DNA of 64,000 bases from Phormidesmis sp. (GTDB lineage Bacteria > Cyanobacteriota > Cyanobacteriia > Leptolyngbyales > Leptolyngbyaceae): positions 1,792,001 through 1,856,000 of the forward strand of contig CBDFJR010000005.1 of the NCBI GenBank assembly GCA_965248535.1. The letters run 5' to 3'. Each line of letters starts with the position of its first letter. Position 1 is the stretch's first letter. Position numbers and translations under genes: made by a program. Under the pieces are notes generated by a model that had not been told where the DNA came from, did not search any database, and worked only from the letters and a program-made list of their open reading frames with translations. Below, piece by piece: positions 10,606-21,427 of the stretch.

Positions 10606-10644
10606 GAGTCTTAATTTAGTGAAATTTGACGTGAGAAATCAGCT

Positions 10645-11166
10645 TTAGAAGTAGACATCGATCTGCGATCGCCCAGTGGTTTTGAGCCAGTTTTGCGCTT
10701 CGATGTAGTTGTTGGGTGCTAAATTAATGGCGCGTTTCCAATAGTCGGCGGCTTGCTCAAAGAGAGATTCTGCTTCTTCTGCTTTGCCGTCTTCTTGAGC
10801 TTTTTCACCGAGATAGTGGTAGATCACGGCAATGTTATTGACGGCTTGGGGCAGGCGAGGATTGAGTTCGATCGCTTGGTGATAATATTCCAGCGCTTTT
10901 TCGTGTTCGCCATTGCTAGCGTGAATTAAACCGATGTTGTAGAGAATATAGCTACGATCGTTTTCGTCGTCTTCAAGGGTCAGCGCTTCATAATAGTTAT
11001 CTAACGCTTCGGCATATTCGCCATCTGCTTGGGCAGACATCCCATCTCGATAATAGGCAAAGGCTTCTTTTTCACGTCTGCTGGCCGGAAAAACCTTCAA
11101 AATCAGATCGGCCATCACCGTGAAGCTTTTGTCGATGAAGTTGTCGTTGCGTTGAGTTCTAGGCAT
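10645..11166 (-). CDS. ycf3: Photosystem I assembly protein Ycf3
   Basis: [21 protein letters not shown]-terminus, TPRs, [14 protein letters not shown]. Confidence 0.97.
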   Translation of the reverse strand: MPRTQRNDNFIDKSFTVMADLILKVFPASRREKEAFAYYRDGMSAQADGEYAEALDNYYEALTLEDDENDRSYILYNIGLIHASNGEHEKALEYYHQAIELNPRLPQAVNNIAVIYHYLGEKAQEDGKAEEAESLFEQAADYWKRAINLAPNNYIEAQNWLKTTGRSQIDVYF

Positions 11167-11409
11167 AGGGCGCTCGGTAGAAAATTGAAACGGCTTAGGC
11201 TGTGCGGCTTGCAGACGCTTATTGTAGTTTAGCGCCTCGGCAGAGGTTGAAATTTGAAGTTTGACGTTTAAACAGATTTTGAAGAATTGAGGATCAAACC
11301 CGATCGCCGATCTGCCCCAGACTAGATTCTGATTTTTTGGAATCTCTGCTTCGTTAGTCCTGATCTGGCGTTCTTATACTAGAAGAGACACCTCTTGAAG
11401 GGGAACTGC

Positions 11410-12712
11410 ATGGACTCTAATCTGACTCCCGACCCGGCGATCGTCAAAGCCGTTGAGCGGCTTGATTATCGGGTGACTGTGGGCGACGTAGCCTCTCAAG
11501 CTGGACTGGATGTGAATCTCGCCGAGCACGGACTGCTGGTGCTGGCCTCTGCGGTCGGCGGACAACTGCAAGTGGCAGAGTCGGGCGAAGTCGTCTATTT
11601 ATTTCCAAAAGACGTTCAGGGGGTTTTGCAAAGCAAATTTTTTCGGCTCCGACTCAACGAGTGGCTGGGCAAAGTTTGGCGGGTGCTGTTCTACTTGATT
11701 CGCGTCTCTTTTGGGTTGGTGTTGATGGTGCTGATTGCTTTGGCGATCGTGGCCATCTTCTTGATGATCATGGCGGCTAACTCTAGTCGCGACGATCGCA
11801 ATGGTGGAGGCATCAGCATTCCTAACATGGGCTTTCCTGACCTGTTTTGGATTTTCTATCCCAATTATTACGATCGCTACGATCGTCCCTTCGTCTCGCC
11901 GAGGCAATCGCAGCAAATCCACTAGCGATATCAACTTTTTAGAAGCCGTTTTTTCGTTCCTCTTTGGCGATGGCAACCCCAATGCAGACTTAGAAGAGCG
12001 CCGCTGGCAGTCGATTGCGACCGTGATTCGCAACCACCGAGGGGCAGTGATTGCCGAGCAAATTTCGCCCTTTTTAGATGGCGTGGGCACGGGCTACGAC
12101 AAAGACTATGAACAATATATGCTGCCTGTGCTAGCCCGATTTAATGGACGACCCGAAGTGAGTCCAGAGGGGCAGATTGTCTATCACTTTCCCGATTTGC
12201 AAACCACGGTGACTGAATCGCGCCGCAAATCCGTTTCTGATCACCTTCAAGAATATCGCTATGGGTTTAGCCGCGCTAGCCAAGGACAGATCGTCGCGGC
12301 AGCCTCTTTAGGGGTCGTTCTATTGGGGTTAGCGATCGTGCTCAATGTCTCGCTGGCAGGGAAAGTCTTGCTTGTCGGCACGGCTGCCATCTTTGTGAAA
12401 GCGATCGCGGTGATCTCGTTGGGCTACAGCGTTGCTTATCTGTCGATTCCCGTCATTCGCAATTTTTGGATCAAGCAGCGAAACCGCAAAATCAGCGATC
12501 GTAATGGCGATCGTCAGCAGCGAGCACTGCTTTTAAAACATTCTGATCCGACGATTGAGCAAAAACTTGCCTATGCCCAAGAGTTTGCTGCCGAGACGGT
12601 GATTCGCAACGACGATTTGATCTACACAACCGAACGCGATTTAGCAGATCAGGAGAGCGATCGGGCGGCTCAAATCGATGCAGAATGGCAAAAACGGCTA
12701 GAGAGCGAGTGA
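11410..12712 (+). CDS. Conserved cyanobacterial/plastid membrane protein, split by a +1 frameshift near 11887-11889
   Basis: ORFs 11395-11925 and 11801-12712 join (YDRP|SSRRGNRS...NFLEAVFSFLFGDGNPN) if one C of CCC is removed; RVTVGDVA N-terminus. Confidence 0.7.
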
Positions 12713-12718
12713 CCAGAT

Positions 12719-13933
12719 TCAGCGCACCTCGATTTTAGCCAAGACCACGCCTGTGTAATAGTGACCCATAATTTGCTGATAGCTCAGCCCTTGCCGGGCC
12801 ATGTTATAGGCTCCCCATTGGCTCATGCCCAACCCGTGACCAAACCCAGACCCATTGATCACAAAGCCCGGTTCTGGTTGACGAGTGCTCTTAGAGGCCA
12901 TCTGGTTGACTTGAGGGACGATCGAGAAAAAGGTGCTCTTTAAACCAAGAGCCGCTTGTAGTCTCTCGCCGCTGATGGTCGTGCTGCCTTTCTCACCGAT
13001 CAACCGCATCGTCACCACTCGCTTACAAGAAGGCGTGGCACGATCGACTTTCACATCTCGAACTCGACCCACCCCCGGAGCCAGATCGCTCAACGTGCTC
13101 TGAGTAACGGGCTGGCTCCACTGAAAAACGGGCGCACCTTGATCGTAGTTGTCTTTCACCGATCGCAGATAGGGCAACGGTTGCATCCACACATCTTCGA
13201 CATTCTCAGTGCAGCCACCCGACGACGAGTGAAACACAGCTTCGATAATCGCCTGGTTATAGGTGAGCACTTGCCCTGCTGTTGCATTCACGGCCAGTTG
13301 GGTGCCGCTTGACTCATCTTTGACCCCTCGATAGACCTGCCATTGGGTTGTGTCCCCCAAGTCATAGACGGCATTGGCTGAATATTGGCGCTTGTGCAGC
13401 GCATAAGAGCGAGCCACCACTGCCTGGGCTTTCAGGGCTTCTTGGGGCCAGTTGCCGCTCATTTCACCACCGAGAACGCTATAGAGATATTGCTCTAAGT
13501 CAACATAGTTAACCGCCGTGACTCCTTCTCCGGCAGGGGCAAGATAAGTGCGCCCGCGATACCAGCGATCGCCGATCCACACTACGCCGCCGCCCGTTGG
13601 CTCGATCCAAAGTCCGCCCGCTTTCCAGTTGTCGATCTCGACACCGCCGCCCGATGAATGAGCCGCAAAGCCGTTCATGCCTTGAATCTGACCCAAAGCT
13701 CGTCCCGATGTGTCTCTGACCACCGCATTGGTAGAACTGCCAACATTGACCTCTTTGGCTCCTTGTTTGATTAACACTCTGAGATCAAGGGCCGCCGAGG
13801 CAGGCGCGATCGTCACCACCCAAATCAGAGCGGTGAGCCACCAGCCCCGCCCGGTTGTGAAATTTAATTTAGACAGCAGCAGCGATAGCAAAGGAGAGAG
13901 CATCTTCTGAAAGTTCCTTCTAGGGTCAACCAT
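12719..13933 (-). CDS. SpoIID/LytB domain protein (lytic transglycosylase-like)
   Basis: EALKAQAVVARSYAL, GFGHGLGMSQWGA; exact start uncertain. Confidence 0.88.
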   Translation of the reverse strand: MVDPRRNFQKMLSPLLSLLLSKLNFTTGRGWWLTALIWVVTIAPASAALDLRVLIKQGAKEVNVGSSTNAVVRDTSGRALGQIQGMNGFAAHSSGGGVEIDNWKAGGLWIEPTGGGVVWIGDRWYRGRTYLAPAGEGVTAVNYVDLEQYLYSVLGGEMSGNWPQEALKAQAVVARSYALHKRQYSANAVYDLGDTTQWQVYRGVKDESSGTQLAVNATAGQVLTYNQAIIEAVFHSSSGGCTENVEDVWMQPLPYLRSVKDNYDQGAPVFQWSQPVTQSTLSDLAPGVGRVRDVKVDRATPSCKRVVTMRLIGEKGSTTISGERLQAALGLKSTFFSIVPQVNQMASKSTRQPEPGFVINGSGFGHGLGMSQWGAYNMARQGLSYQQIMGHYYTGVVLAKIEVR

Positions 13934-14308
13934 TACAGATCACAGCGCTGATGTGGCAAATCTGGAGCGATCGCATCAATCTCCGCCGAAAATTGCTAAC
14001 GTTGCTTAATATAGGCGAATTTATTGGCAACTGCGCGATCGAGATTTCTGAGCTAATTTGCGCCATTTTGCCCAAAGTTCCGTAACTGGAGTGAGAAAGT
14101 CGGTAGTCTCGGCTACTTCGCGCTATATCTAGCGTCATCATGATTTGTGAAGTTTGATATTCAAATCAGAGAAATTGTTCATCATTCTCATCACAAGGGT
14201 GATTGACCACGATCGGGTGGCTAAGTTCCCGTGGTTGCCCCGCAACGATCGAGAGACGAAGTACCATGAGAAGAGTCCCGCATCGACCTAAATTAGGTTA
14301 AATAAGTC

Positions 14309-15265
14309 TTGCAGATTACGTTTTTAGGCACTAGTTCTGGCGTTCCTACACGGGCGCGTAACGTCTCTGGGATTGCCCTTCGCCTACCCCAGCGCGCAGA
14401 AGTTTGGCTATTTGACTGCGGTGAGGGCACCCAACACCAACTGCTTCGCAGCGACTTGCGCGTGAGTCAGATTCGCCGCATTTTTGTCACCCATATGCAC
14501 GGCGATCATACCTTTGGGCTAATGGGGCTGCTGGCAAGCTGTGGGCTAGCCGGAAACCCAGAGCGGATTGATATTTATGGGCCGCCTGATCTCGATGAAT
14601 ATTTGAAAGCCTGCAAACGCTATTCCCAAACTCACTTTTCTTACCCCGTCAAGGTGCACACGGTCAAACCCGGCGTGCTGTTTGAAGATGAAGAGTTTTC
14701 GGTTAGCTGTGCGCCGCTCAAGCATCGAGTCCCCGCTTTCGGCTACCGCATCACTGAAAAAGACCGTCCGGGACATTTTGATGTCGAGAAAGCAAAAGCC
14801 TTAGAGATTCCATCGGGGCCGCTTTATGGAAAGCTGAAGCGGGGAGAGCGGGTCACCTTGCCAGACGGCCGCACGATCGATGGCTCAACCTTGTGTGGTC
14901 AGACAGAAATCGGTCGCAAAATGGTTTACTGCACCGATACGGTCTACTGCGAAAGTGCGGTCGAACTGGCCCACGATGCCGATGTGCTGATCCACGAAGC
15001 CACCTTTGCCCATCAGGATGCTGAGTTAGCCTATCAGCGCCTGCACTCCACTTCGACGATGGCCGCGCAAGTGGCTTTGTCCGCCCAGGTTAAGCAGTTG
15101 ATCATGACGCACTTCAGCCCACGCTATGCGCCCGGAAACCCGATCGAGCTAAGAGATCTGCTAGCCGAAGCCCGTTCCATCTTCCCCAACACCCAACTCG
15201 CCTCTGACTTTTGGACTTATGAAGTGCCGCGGCGACTGGCAAAAGGCATTCCTGCAAAAGTATGA
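14309..15265 (+). CDS. rnz: Ribonuclease Z
   Basis: [39 protein letters not shown]. Confidence 0.96.
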   Translation: MQITFLGTSSGVPTRARNVSGIALRLPQRAEVWLFDCGEGTQHQLLRSDLRVSQIRRIFVTHMHGDHTFGLMGLLASCGLAGNPERIDIYGPPDLDEYLKACKRYSQTHFSYPVKVHTVKPGVLFEDEEFSVSCAPLKHRVPAFGYRITEKDRPGHFDVEKAKALEIPSGPLYGKLKRGERVTLPDGRTIDGSTLCGQTEIGRKMVYCTDTVYCESAVELAHDADVLIHEATFAHQDAELAYQRLHSTSTMAAQVALSAQVKQLIMTHFSPRYAPGNPIELRDLLAEARSIFPNTQLASDFWTYEVPRRLAKGIPAKV

Positions 15266-15368
15266 AACGCAAATTTTCCAAGCGGACTCAAGGAAATCAA
15301 GCGATAACTTGCTCAGTTGCCTCATTTTTTGAGGAAGATAGAGAGCGTAACGTGCGAGACTTAAGCCC

Positions 15369-15803
15369 TTGAATTTGCCTTCTTTTATCTGGTTGTGGAA
15401 AATTGCGGCGTGGTCAATGGGGTTTGCGATCGCTGCCTATCTCATCCAAACCGTCACCGGGATCGCTCTATTTGCCAACCGAACTCAAGCCGGGTCGCGT
15501 CCCACTTGGCTGCGACCGCTCCATTTTGGCGGCGGTGTGCTCATGGCGCTGCTGGTGCTGTTGCTTTTAGCGATCGGGCTTGTGGGCACCTTGGGACACT
15601 ATGGCAGTCTGGGACACTCAACCCACCTCCCGATCGGCATTGGAGTTGTCGAGTTAGTCATGCTCTCAGCCTGGAGTGCGGTGCAGATCAGCCCCGATCG
15701 ACCTTGGGCGCGCCCTCTCCACCTTGCGGTCAACGGGTTGCTGTGCGTTGCCTTTGTGCTCGTCTCGCTCACGGGCTGGAGCGTCGTCCAAAAATATCTG
15801 TAA
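15369..15803 (+). CDS. DUF4079-family membrane protein
   Basis: Four TM helices with His residues (RPLH, HSTH, RPLH); MNLPSFIWLWKIAAWSMG N-terminus. Confidence 0.7.
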   Translation: MNLPSFIWLWKIAAWSMGFAIAAYLIQTVTGIALFANRTQAGSRPTWLRPLHFGGGVLMALLVLLLLAIGLVGTLGHYGSLGHSTHLPIGIGVVELVMLSAWSAVQISPDRPWARPLHLAVNGLLCVAFVLVSLTGWSVVQKYL

Positions 15804-15804
15804 A

Positions 15805-17478
15805 TCAGACAGATTGACCCCGTACCGGAGCCGTATCCCACTGCGATCGCTGCACTTGGGTGTGAACTTGCCAATCGGGGGCTGGCTGAGGATAGTCCGA
15901 TCGATAGTGCCCGCCTCGGCTTTCGGTTCTAAACAGAGCACTTTTGAGAATTAGATCAGCCACGTCTAGCAAGTTATATAACTCGCCCCAGTCTTTGAGA
16001 TCAGGGGCTGCCTCAGCCGCAAACTGCACCGTTTGAAGCGGCTCAAGCGTGAGCAGAGATTGACTAAGCGAGAGTTGAGAAAACTCTTGATGCCAGAGTT
16101 TGACTTGCGCGATCGCCGATTCTAACGTCTTTGACTCTCGACTAATGCCTGCACTCTGCCAAACCAGTTTTGGTAACTCTAGGCGGAGGGTTCTAATTTT
16201 GGCTAACTCAGAAGCCTCCAGCGCGTGAGAATTGCCCAGATTAACGAATTCTTCCTCTACTTCCTGAGCGTCATCGATCGTGAGATAGGCCAATTGCGCC
16301 CCAAAAACCAGACACTCCAATAGAGAATTGCTAGCGAGTCGATTGGCACCGTGAACCCCCGTGCTCGCCGTTTCACCCACCGCATATAGCCCCAAAATAG
16401 CCGTCTTGTTGAGCAGATCTGCCTCAATGCCCCCCATCCAATAGTGAGCGGCCGGGGCCACCGGGATCGGGTCTTGAAAAACGTCGATCCCCCAGTGTTG
16501 ACAGACCTGAATAATGTTGGGAAATCGATGACGAATGGTTTCCGCAGCAATGGGGCGCAAATCTAGCCAAACGTTGGCGCTGGCCGCATCGACCTCTGTT
16601 TTTTGTAAATGACTGACGATCGCTCGACTCACCACATCTCTCGGCGCAAGCTCTCCGGCAGGGTGATAGTCAAAGGCAAAGCGATGCCCGTAACGATCGA
16701 CCAGATGCGCGCCCTCCCCTCGCACGGCTTCGCTAATCAAAAATCGGGGCGCACCCGCTTTAGTCAACGCCGTCGGGTGAAACTGCACAAACTCTAAATC
16801 GCGCAATCTAGCCCCGGCTCGATGCGCGATCGCCACCCCATCCCCCGTGCTAACCGCCGGATTAGTGGTTTGGGAAAACACCTGTCCGCCGCCGCCCGTA
16901 GCCAAGACAACGGCCCCCGCCCGCACCCACTTCACCTGCCCTTGATCGATCAAACTGACCCCGCGACAGCGCTGGTTTTGCGCGTCTAGCCACAGATTCA
17001 GCACAAAGGCTTGGGAGACGATTTGAATATTTGGACGGCTCAGAACCTGTTCTATTAAAGTGGTGACAACAGCCCGGCCCGTGGTATCGGCCGCATGAAG
17101 AACCCGCCGCCGAGAATGAGCCGCCTCTAGAGTCAGCGCGAGATCAGTCCCCTGACGATCGAAGGCCACCCCCATCTTGACTAAATTGTGAATGCACGTC
17201 GCCGCATTCTCGACCAAAAACTTGACCGCATCATAGTCACACAGCCCAGCCCCAGCTTTGAGGGTGTCTTCGAGATGCAGGGCCGTTGAATCATGAGGGT
17301 CAACCACGGCAGCGATCCCCCCTTGGGCCCAATCGCTCGCCGATCGAGACAGCGTATCTTTGGTGATTAGCCCCACCTGAAGATGAGCAGGCAGACAAAG
17401 CGCCGTGTAGAGTCCTGCGGCACCTGCCCCAACCACCAGCACATCAAACCGATCGGGAACCTTGAAGCGTTCAGACAT
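15805..17478 (-). CDS. nadB: L-aspartate oxidase
   Basis: GAGAAG, WAQGGIAA, QFHPT, SEAVRGEG, HYWMGG, HGANRLASNSLLE, ESRGGHYR. Confidence 0.95.
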   Translation of the reverse strand: MSERFKVPDRFDVLVVGAGAAGLYTALCLPAHLQVGLITKDTLSRSASDWAQGGIAAVVDPHDSTALHLEDTLKAGAGLCDYDAVKFLVENAATCIHNLVKMGVAFDRQGTDLALTLEAAHSRRRVLHAADTTGRAVVTTLIEQVLSRPNIQIVSQAFVLNLWLDAQNQRCRGVSLIDQGQVKWVRAGAVVLATGGGGQVFSQTTNPAVSTGDGVAIAHRAGARLRDLEFVQFHPTALTKAGAPRFLISEAVRGEGAHLVDRYGHRFAFDYHPAGELAPRDVVSRAIVSHLQKTEVDAASANVWLDLRPIAAETIRHRFPNIIQVCQHWGIDVFQDPIPVAPAAHYWMGGIEADLLNKTAILGLYAVGETASTGVHGANRLASNSLLECLVFGAQLAYLTIDDAQEVEEEFVNLGNSHALEASELAKIRTLRLELPKLVWQSAGISRESKTLESAIAQVKLWHQEFSQLSLSQSLLTLEPLQTVQFAAEAAPDLKDWGELYNLLDVADLILKSALFRTESRGGHYRSDYPQPAPDWQVHTQVQRSQWDTAPVRGQSV

Positions 17479-17492
17479 ACCTAAGCTGAAAT

Positions 17493-17532
17493 CTGGCAGG
17501 GTGAGCTAATGATAAAAAAGGCTCCCTGCCAG
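17493..17532 (-). promoter_or_regulatory. Stem-loop between psbU and nadB
   Basis: CTGGCAGGG(TG)AGC ... GCTCCCTGCCAG inverted repeat, 14 nt upstream of the nadB ATG. Confidence 0.45.
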
Positions 17533-17636
17533 TAGGTCGAACCAGAGAGAAGATCTGAGGTAAGCCTAGAGTGCAGAGAGCCATCCAACACAAACGCAGG
17601 TAAAAACGGAATTTCTTGACGGAAGGGTCGCCGACT

Positions 17637-18083
17637 CTAACGGTAGATGCCGTTGTTGATGCGATCGTTCCCTTCGGTCAGTTCTTTAGAAACTTCGCTC
17701 GTCACAAAGTTTTTGATATTGGACTGAAGCGTCTCTTTTTGTTGCTCGGTTAAACCAGGAATATCTAAAACATCTTCAACCTTTTCATAAGGAGCATGTT
17801 TAAAGATCAGGCTGGCCAAGGTCGGATACATTCCCGGAAACTGCCGGAAAGCCCGTAAGTTGGTGTTGTTTAAGTCAATTTTTTTACCGAAGGCGGTAGC
17901 CATCTTGTCTTCTACGGCATTCCGAAGCGAATCAGTCGCCTCTGCTGCCAGCAAAACAGACGGGCGAAAAGCAGAACCCAAATCGTTAAAATTGGTGGCT
18001 AAGGCAGTTTGAGACGACCCTAACCAGCCCAGACAGCTAATGATCAAGCTCAAGGCGGCGACAAAGCGGACTAAACGTTTCAT
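17637..18083 (-). CDS. psbU: Photosystem II 12 kDa extrinsic protein PsbU
   Basis: Signal peptide; [43 protein letters not shown] upstream of ATG 18083. Confidence 0.95.
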   Translation of the reverse strand: MKRLVRFVAALSLIISCLGWLGSSQTALATNFNDLGSAFRPSVLLAAEATDSLRNAVEDKMATAFGKKIDLNNTNLRAFRQFPGMYPTLASLIFKHAPYEKVEDVLDIPGLTEQQKETLQSNIKNFVTSEVSKELTEGNDRINNGIYR

Positions 18084-18218
18084 GGTGAATTTCCCTCCCA
18101 TTCGTATCGAGCAGACTCTCTACACAGCTTTTACTAGAGCCTATCATCTCAGTGATACAAACTTCTCATGAACTTAGAGAGTCAGCAGCCGATAGAAATT
18201 AGTGCCCACTCTAAACCT

Positions 18219-19211
18219 TTAGCTACTGCTGCCGACTTTGGTCTGCAAGAAGGTGTTGAGGGCCGCAAACGAGCAAGCATGGGTCGGAGTCGGCACGTCA
18301 TAGCCTTTGAGATGAACGGTGTATTCCTCAAAAAAGTCAGAGTCAGCCACCAGAGTAGACAAATGATGATAGGTGGTGGCACCCAGAGCAATGTCTAGAC
18401 CGATTTGCTTTGTGGCAGACTCTAGCCTGAAGGCTGCATTTACCGTGTCGCCCAGGGCGGTGTAGTCAGGGCGATCGCCGCTGCCCGTGTTGCCCACCAT
18501 CGCATAGCCCGTGTTGATCCCGGCTCCGATCTTGAGCGGAAACGGCAGGGGATATTGATCATAAAGACTGCTGGTCATGGTGTGAAGGGCGTTGACCGCC
18601 TGCAAAATCCGCAGCATTTCGTCATGATTAACGCCTTGGGCCCCATGAGTCCAGACGGACATGACCGCATCGCCGATATATTTATCGACCCAGCTTCCAT
18701 ATTCACGAATGATGTCGCCTGCACACCGAAACCAAGTGCCAATCACTTCTGAAAGAATCTTTTCGTCAAGCTGTCGCGTCAGCCCCGTAAAGTCACGAAT
18801 ATCGACGACTAGGACAGAGATTAACCGCCGGATGTGCAGGGTTGCAGTGGCCGTAAACTCTTTAGAATCCATGCCGATCGAGGGGTCAAGCGCTTGCTGA
18901 ACCGGGCAGTAGAACTCAAGCTCAGTTTGCCCAAAGGTCAAGCGATCGCCGTTTTGCAGCGTGACCGGAATGCTAACACGCCGACCGTTGATAAAGGAGC
19001 CATTGCGACTGCCCAAATCGATCAGATAAAATTCGCCGTTTTCCATCGACTGCAACATCGCATGGTTGCGCGAAATCCAGCGATCGGACAGAACGACGTT
19101 GTTATCTTCACTGCGGCCGACCGTCCAACAACTGCCGCCAAGCATGGGGAACCGACGACTTCCTGAATCTGTTCTTAATACGAGATGGGGAGTGGGTTGC
19201 AAAGTCACCAC
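18219..19211 (-). CDS. FHA-domain class III adenylate cyclase
   Basis: FHA motifs GR/SRNH/GSRNG; cyclase motifs DIRDFT, DKYIGDAVM, GDTVNAAFRLE; Lys/Asp specificity residues suggest ATP; GTG at 19211 preferred. Confidence 0.88.
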   Translation of the reverse strand: MVTLQPTPHLVLRTDSGSRRFPMLGGSCWTVGRSEDNNVVLSDRWISRNHAMLQSMENGEFYLIDLGSRNGSFINGRRVSIPVTLQNGDRLTFGQTELEFYCPVQQALDPSIGMDSKEFTATATLHIRRLISVLVVDIRDFTGLTRQLDEKILSEVIGTWFRCAGDIIREYGSWVDKYIGDAVMSVWTHGAQGVNHDEMLRILQAVNALHTMTSSLYDQYPLPFPLKIGAGINTGYAMVGNTGSGDRPDYTALGDTVNAAFRLESATKQIGLDIALGATTYHHLSTLVADSDFFEEYTVHLKGYDVPTPTHACSFAALNTFLQTKVGSSS

Positions 19212-19382
19212 AGGTTGAGAAGCGAATAAATCCTTTCCTATGATGCCCCATGACACGACTAAAAAGTGCCAGTTTTGACGATTGGAGTCCGATCGCTTAA
19301 GCATCTTTAAGCAATTGATAGTTAAATTCTCAGGAGAAAGAATTTAGTTCCCAAACGTTAGGTCTAGTAAGGTTAGCCCTAT

Positions 19383-20105
19383 TTACGCCAGTGAGGCGGC
19401 CAGCCAAAATAAACCATCTACCAAGATTGTACTCAGAACTGCTCCACTAAACGCTAACCAGTGCAATTTTTGAGACCCAAAAGAGACCACCCCAACACTC
19501 AGCAGCAGGGTTGCTAAGACGGCTACCCAAGACAGCCCCCAAGGGGTGTTCACCTGAGCCACGGCTTGGTGCAGAATGTCTTGAGCCATATCGGGTTCGA
19601 CAAGCATCACCTGCCGCCAGTAGGTAATCAAGTCCACCAGATAGAAATAGAGATCGGTGACCACCGTCCCAAACAGCGATCCGAGATAGAAGAAATTGCC
19701 AATCTTGCACCAGCCGCGAGTCAGCCCCCACAGGGCGATCGGGAGGGCGATCGCTTCGATCGGCAAGTGTAGGGTTGGCTCCCAGCGCAGCCAGCCCCAA
19801 TAAAGCGATCCTGCTAGCCACGTCCAGGTAAACCCGGTCACTAGCTCTCCCAAAATCTGGGTTTTGGGTCTAGACGAGAGAAAGACGCTTAACCACACCC
19901 AGCCTGCGGTTGCCAACAAACTCAGCCAGGGCAGCAATCGGACTAGGGGAGCTTCAAAAAACACGGGCACCGAGACTAAAAAGATAGCTCCGCCAAACAC
20001 TAGCCAGCGTTGAGCAGCAGGGGCCGTTTGCGGTAGAGCAGCGATCTCTGCATGAGGGGTAGAAGCAGAGCGAACGGCATTGGGTGTGGGCGGATAGGAA
20101 ATCAA
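19383..20105 (-). CDS. DUF3120 family membrane protein
   Basis: FLVSVPVFFEAPLVR, GSLYWGWLRWEP, FYLGSLFGT. Confidence 0.8.
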   Translation of the reverse strand: MISYPPTPNAVRSASTPHAEIAALPQTAPAAQRWLVFGGAIFLVSVPVFFEAPLVRLLPWLSLLATAGWVWLSVFLSSRPKTQILGELVTGFTWTWLAGSLYWGWLRWEPTLHLPIEAIALPIALWGLTRGWCKIGNFFYLGSLFGTVVTDLYFYLVDLITYWRQVMLVEPDMAQDILHQAVAQVNTPWGLSWVAVLATLLLSVGVVSFGSQKLHWLAFSGAVLSTILVDGLFWLAASLA

Positions 20106-20370
20106 TGTATTTTAATGATTAGATTAATTAAGTTTGTTTACGTTACTTAACGTTACCACAGGAAAACTGAGAGGTTAGAGGCGTTTTAGCAAAATGAGTC
20201 TTAAGAAATATCCCCCCCCTGGGCATTCACTTTATCGTAGCGGAATTTTGAAATCTGTGGGGGAGAGCGATCGCGAAGATGTCATGAGATGTTATCGAAT
20301 TTGAGCCGCGAAGTCACAGGTTTCGGATACACTGTCTCTCGCTGTGAAGACTGTCATAGACGCTCAATGA

Positions 20371-21336
20371 TTGCTCACTCAACCACTTCAAAGGAATGAA
20401 CGCATGGAAGGTTTTCAATTTAGCCCCGACTGGTTAATGGCTGCGTCAGGCGGGAGCCTGTGGCACTCTGGGCAAGCATTACTGGGCATTCCAGACCCTA
20501 CGGCCTCGTCAAACAGTGGCAATCTGCTGGTCGGAATCTTTCAAGCGATCGTGCTCGGCCTTGTTCAAGGCATTACTGAATTTTTGCCCATTAGCAGCAC
20601 CGCTCACCTGCTGATTTTTAGAGACGTGTTTCACTGGTCACAGCAAAAATATTTCATCGACGCGATTCAGTTTGGCAGCGTGATCGCAGTCGTGATGTAT
20701 TTCTGGAAAGACATTCAGCAGATTTTAGGCGGCGGTCTGTCTGCCTTTCAGCAAAAAGACTGGCAGCGAGAAGAGTGGAAAATCTTGGTGGGCATCGCGG
20801 TCGGAACGATCCCGGCTCTAGCGGGGGGCTTGCTGCTCAAAGATAAGCTGCCAGAAAGCCCATTGGTGATTGCGGTGATGTCGATCGTGATGGCGCTCTT
20901 GCTGGGTTTGGCAGAAAAAATCGGCACCCGCAAGCGTGGGTTTGACAGCCTAGAGATTAAAGACGGCATTCTTGTCGGGTTGGCGCAGATGATCGCGCTG
21001 TTTCCGGGGGCATCGCGATCGGGTTCTACCTTAACCGCCGCTTTATTTTTAGGGTTAGAGCGGCAGACGGCGGCTAGATTTTCTTTCTTGTTGGGCATTC
21101 CGACTTTGACGATCGCGACGCTCTATCAGTCTAGAAAAGCCATTGGCAACGTCGATGATCTGATTCCGCTGCTCGTGGGCATTGTGTCGGCGTTTATCTT
21201 TTCTTATCTATCGATCGCTTGGCTATTGAAATATTTGCAAACCAAAAACACGCTGATCTTTGTGTGGTATCGGCTGGCGTTTGGGGCGGCTTTGCTGGTG
21301 GCGATCGCCAATAGTGTCTTCAAAGACGTTCAATAA
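20371..21336 (+). CDS. uppP: Undecaprenyl-diphosphate phosphatase
   Basis: QGITEFLPISSTAH, PGASRSGST, AARFSFLLGIP; true start may be downstream. Confidence 0.93.
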   Translation: MLTQPLQRNERMEGFQFSPDWLMAASGGSLWHSGQALLGIPDPTASSNSGNLLVGIFQAIVLGLVQGITEFLPISSTAHLLIFRDVFHWSQQKYFIDAIQFGSVIAVVMYFWKDIQQILGGGLSAFQQKDWQREEWKILVGIAVGTIPALAGGLLLKDKLPESPLVIAVMSIVMALLLGLAEKIGTRKRGFDSLEIKDGILVGLAQMIALFPGASRSGSTLTAALFLGLERQTAARFSFLLGIPTLTIATLYQSRKAIGNVDDLIPLLVGIVSAFIFSYLSIAWLLKYLQTKNTLIFVWYRLAFGAALLVAIANSVFKDVQ

Positions 21337-21427
21337 CGTTGCATCAACTGATGGGAGTGAAGTCGGTTCATTGCAGTCGTTGGTAGACTGAAGATCTGTT
21401 GATTTAAGATCTAACGGTTGCCTGACC

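Noticed and set aside
20142..20159. HLR1-like direct repeat GTTACTTA-AC-GTTACCAC
   Set aside because: Several mismatches to the RpaB consensus; cannot be supported without comparative data
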